Shown here in pieces: positions 62,369 to 64,000 of a stretch of 64,000 nt of DNA. Origin of the DNA: an uncultured Woeseiaceae bacterium (GTDB taxonomy: Bacteria > Pseudomonadota > Gammaproteobacteria > Steroidobacterales > Woeseiaceae); the NCBI GenBank assembly GCA_964602525.1, contig CAZRSA010000001.1, forward strand, positions 20,024 through 84,023, in the 5' to 3' direction. The first letter of the stretch is position 1. Each line of letters begins with the position of its first letter. Both the position numbers and the translations under genes were made by a program. Below the pieces are notes generated by a model. The model was given only the letters and a program-made list of their open reading frames with translations, was not told where the DNA came from and ran no database searches.

Positions 62369-63244
62369 TCAGAAATACGTATCGGCGCTCTCGAGCAGCG
62401 CCTCGGCGTCGCGCTGGGCCAGTGTGTTCGTCAGCGTGTAACCGGGCACGACCGGATCGGCCTCGAGCACCTCGGTGAGCAGCCGGTCGTGCAGGTCCCG
62501 TTCGTAGAGCAACCGCGCATAACCGCGGGCATACTCGACCTTCACCGACAGGTCCCTGCCCTCCGTGAGTTCGATGGCTTTCTCGAAATAGTTTCGCGCG
62601 AGCTCCGGTTCGCCGCCGAGCGAGGGCGGCCGCAGCGTCGCCAGGATGGCGAGATAGGTGTAGGCCTGCGCGTCGTACTCGCCCTCGTCGAGGGCGAGCA
62701 GGCGCTCGAGCACGGCCTCCATACGCGGCAGCTCCGCCAGCGAGTTCCAGTCGTCACTGTGGGCGCGGATATAGGCCAGCGAGGACAGGGCATAGCTGTA
62801 GAGCGCGTCGGCATCGCGGGGTCCGAGCCCGTCCAGGGTATCCCTGAAAGCCGAGTAGTCCTGCTCGTCCCAGAGGCAGGCGGGACGGTATTCGATGCAC
62901 AGGGAGCGGGCGCCGTAACGGCGGGCCCGTTCGGTGAGGCGCTTAGCCCGCGCGGGGTCGTCGGCGAACACGGCGCCGTAAGAGGCATAGAGTTCGGCGG
63001 CGGCCTGCAGCACGGCCGGATCGTCCGGGTTGCCCTCCACCAGGCTGTCCAGCAGGAGCAGGTAGGCCGGCGCACCGTCACGCACCGTCTCCGGATCCGT
63101 CTGGTTCAGGACGGCCGAACTCACGTTATCCGCGAACCCGGAAGCGGCGGAGGAAACCAGGGAGGCGCAGCCCGTGGAGCCGAGCGCCACGGCCGCGAGG
63201 GCGATGATGCCCGCACGGGTGTATTTGGGGCAGCGTTCCGTCAT
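62369..63244 (-). CDS. TatT-like TPR lipoprotein (TRAP-transporter-associated component)
   Basis: Lipobox ALGSTGC, all-helical TPR-like repeats, located directly upstream of dctPQM. The family call rests on architecture and context, not on a motif I can verify. Confidence 0.55.
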   Translation of the reverse strand: MTERCPKYTRAGIIALAAVALGSTGCASLVSSAASGFADNVSSAVLNQTDPETVRDGAPAYLLLLDSLVEGNPDDPAVLQAAAELYASYGAVFADDPARAKRLTERARRYGARSLCIEYRPACLWDEQDYSAFRDTLDGLGPRDADALYSYALSSLAYIRAHSDDWNSLAELPRMEAVLERLLALDEGEYDAQAYTYLAILATLRPPSLGGEPELARNYFEKAIELTEGRDLSVKVEYARGYARLLYERDLHDRLLTEVLEADPVVPGYTLTNTLAQRDAEALLESADTYF

Positions 63245-63304
63245 GGATGCTGTGACTCCGGCCGGCAGGCTTCGTTCCTCCCGTCCGATGCCAGCGCGTC
63301 GCCG

Positions 63305-63649
63305 TCAGATCTTCTCGCGAATCCTGGCGGCCTTGCCGGTACGCCCGCGCAGGTAATACAGCTTGGCGCGGCGCACGTCGCCCTTGCGCTTGACGATGAT
63401 GTCGCCGATGGAAGGACTGTAGGTCTGGAACACCCGTTCCACCCCCTCGCCGTGCGACATCTTGCGCACGGTGAAAGACGAGTTCAGGCCGCGGTTGCGC
63501 TTGGCGATCACCACGCCCTCGTAGGACTGGAGGCGCTCGCGCTCACCCTCCTTGACGCGCACCTGCACGGCGACCGTATCGCCCGGGGCGAAGTCGGGCA
63601 ATTCGCGCTGCATCTGTTCCTGCTCCAAAGCGTCGATGACCTTGCTCAT
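63305..63649 (-). CDS. rplS: 50S ribosomal protein L19
   Basis: [44 protein letters not shown]; 114 aa. Confidence 0.95.
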   Translation of the reverse strand: MSKVIDALEQEQMQRELPDFAPGDTVAVQVRVKEGERERLQSYEGVVIAKRNRGLNSSFTVRKMSHGEGVERVFQTYSPSIGDIIVKRKGDVRRAKLYYLRGRTGKAARIREKI

Positions 63650-63717
63650 GGCTTGTTCCTGCTGTCTCGCTAGAGTGTTGCAAATAATGTACGTCGTCGT
63701 TGTCCGGCCGGAAACGC

Positions 63718-64000
63718 TTACCGCAGCCCGGCCTCGGCCTTGTATTCCTCGAGCAGCTCGCGCTCCTCGTCCGTCAGCGGCCTGCCTTCCAGCAGATCCG
63801 GCCGCCGCGACCATGTGCGCCCCAGCGACTGGCGCAGCCGCCAGCGGGCGATGGCCCGGTGGTCTCCCGAGGTCAGTACTGCCGGCACCCGCCGGCCGGC
63901 CACCACCTCGGGCCGGGTGTAATGCGGGCAGTCGAGCAGTCCCGCCTCGTAGGACTCCTGCACGGCCGACTCCGCGTCGCCCAGCACTCCCGGCAGTAAC
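63718..64000 (-). CDS. trmD: tRNA (guanine37-N1)-methyltransferase, C-terminal part (runs off the right edge)
   Basis: [35 protein letters not shown] is the TrmD C-terminal block. Shares the trmD-rplS order. Confidence 0.9.
   Translation of the reverse strand, partial: LLPGVLGDAESAVQESYEAGLLDCPHYTRPEVVAGRRVPAVLTSGDHRAIARWRLRQSLGRTWSRRPDLLEGRPLTDEERELLEEYKAEAGLR

Overview
GC-rich chromosomal segment. Third codon positions are almost all G/C, which explains the many long spurious antisense ORFs in the track. Gene order looks gammaproteobacterial: dapA-bamC-like next to gcvR-bcp, divergent orn/rsgA, dnaX-ybaB-recR preceded by the SRP RNA, mlaFEDCB, and trmD-rplS. Nearly all of the window is housekeeping or envelope function:
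- proteases: M28 peptidase, Prc, BepA, SppA
- two RND efflux loci: a tandem-permease MdtABC-like operon on the + strand, and an AcrAB/OprM-like adaptor-pump-OMF operon on the - strand
- ppsR/ppsA
- a complete Rrf2-regulated suf operon (sufBCDS, SufU-type scaffold, sufT)
- putA, kbl-tdh
- a TRAP transporter with a TatT-like TPR lipoprotein
- two RNA genes the ORF track cannot show: tRNA-Ser(GGA) and 4.5S/SRP RNA

I found no transposase, integrase, phage gene, CRISPR array, toxin-antitoxin pair or recognisable defence gene. I cannot support a claim of a new multi-gene system here. The observations most worth a second look are modest:
- a secreted, highly charged protein built from 11-residue DRKGDRxxRRL repeats (34988-35419)
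- a 94-aa lipoprotein in the bamC position that resembles only the BamC N-terminal region
- a fossil att-like duplication of the tRNA-Ser 3' end
- a ~110-bp AT-rich palindromic element between two convergent genes
- a DUF1249 plus coiled-coil gene pair of unknown function downstream of ppsR
- a SixA-like phosphatase translationally coupled to the end of the suf operon

Several start codons were re-picked inside the track ORFs and remain uncertain.
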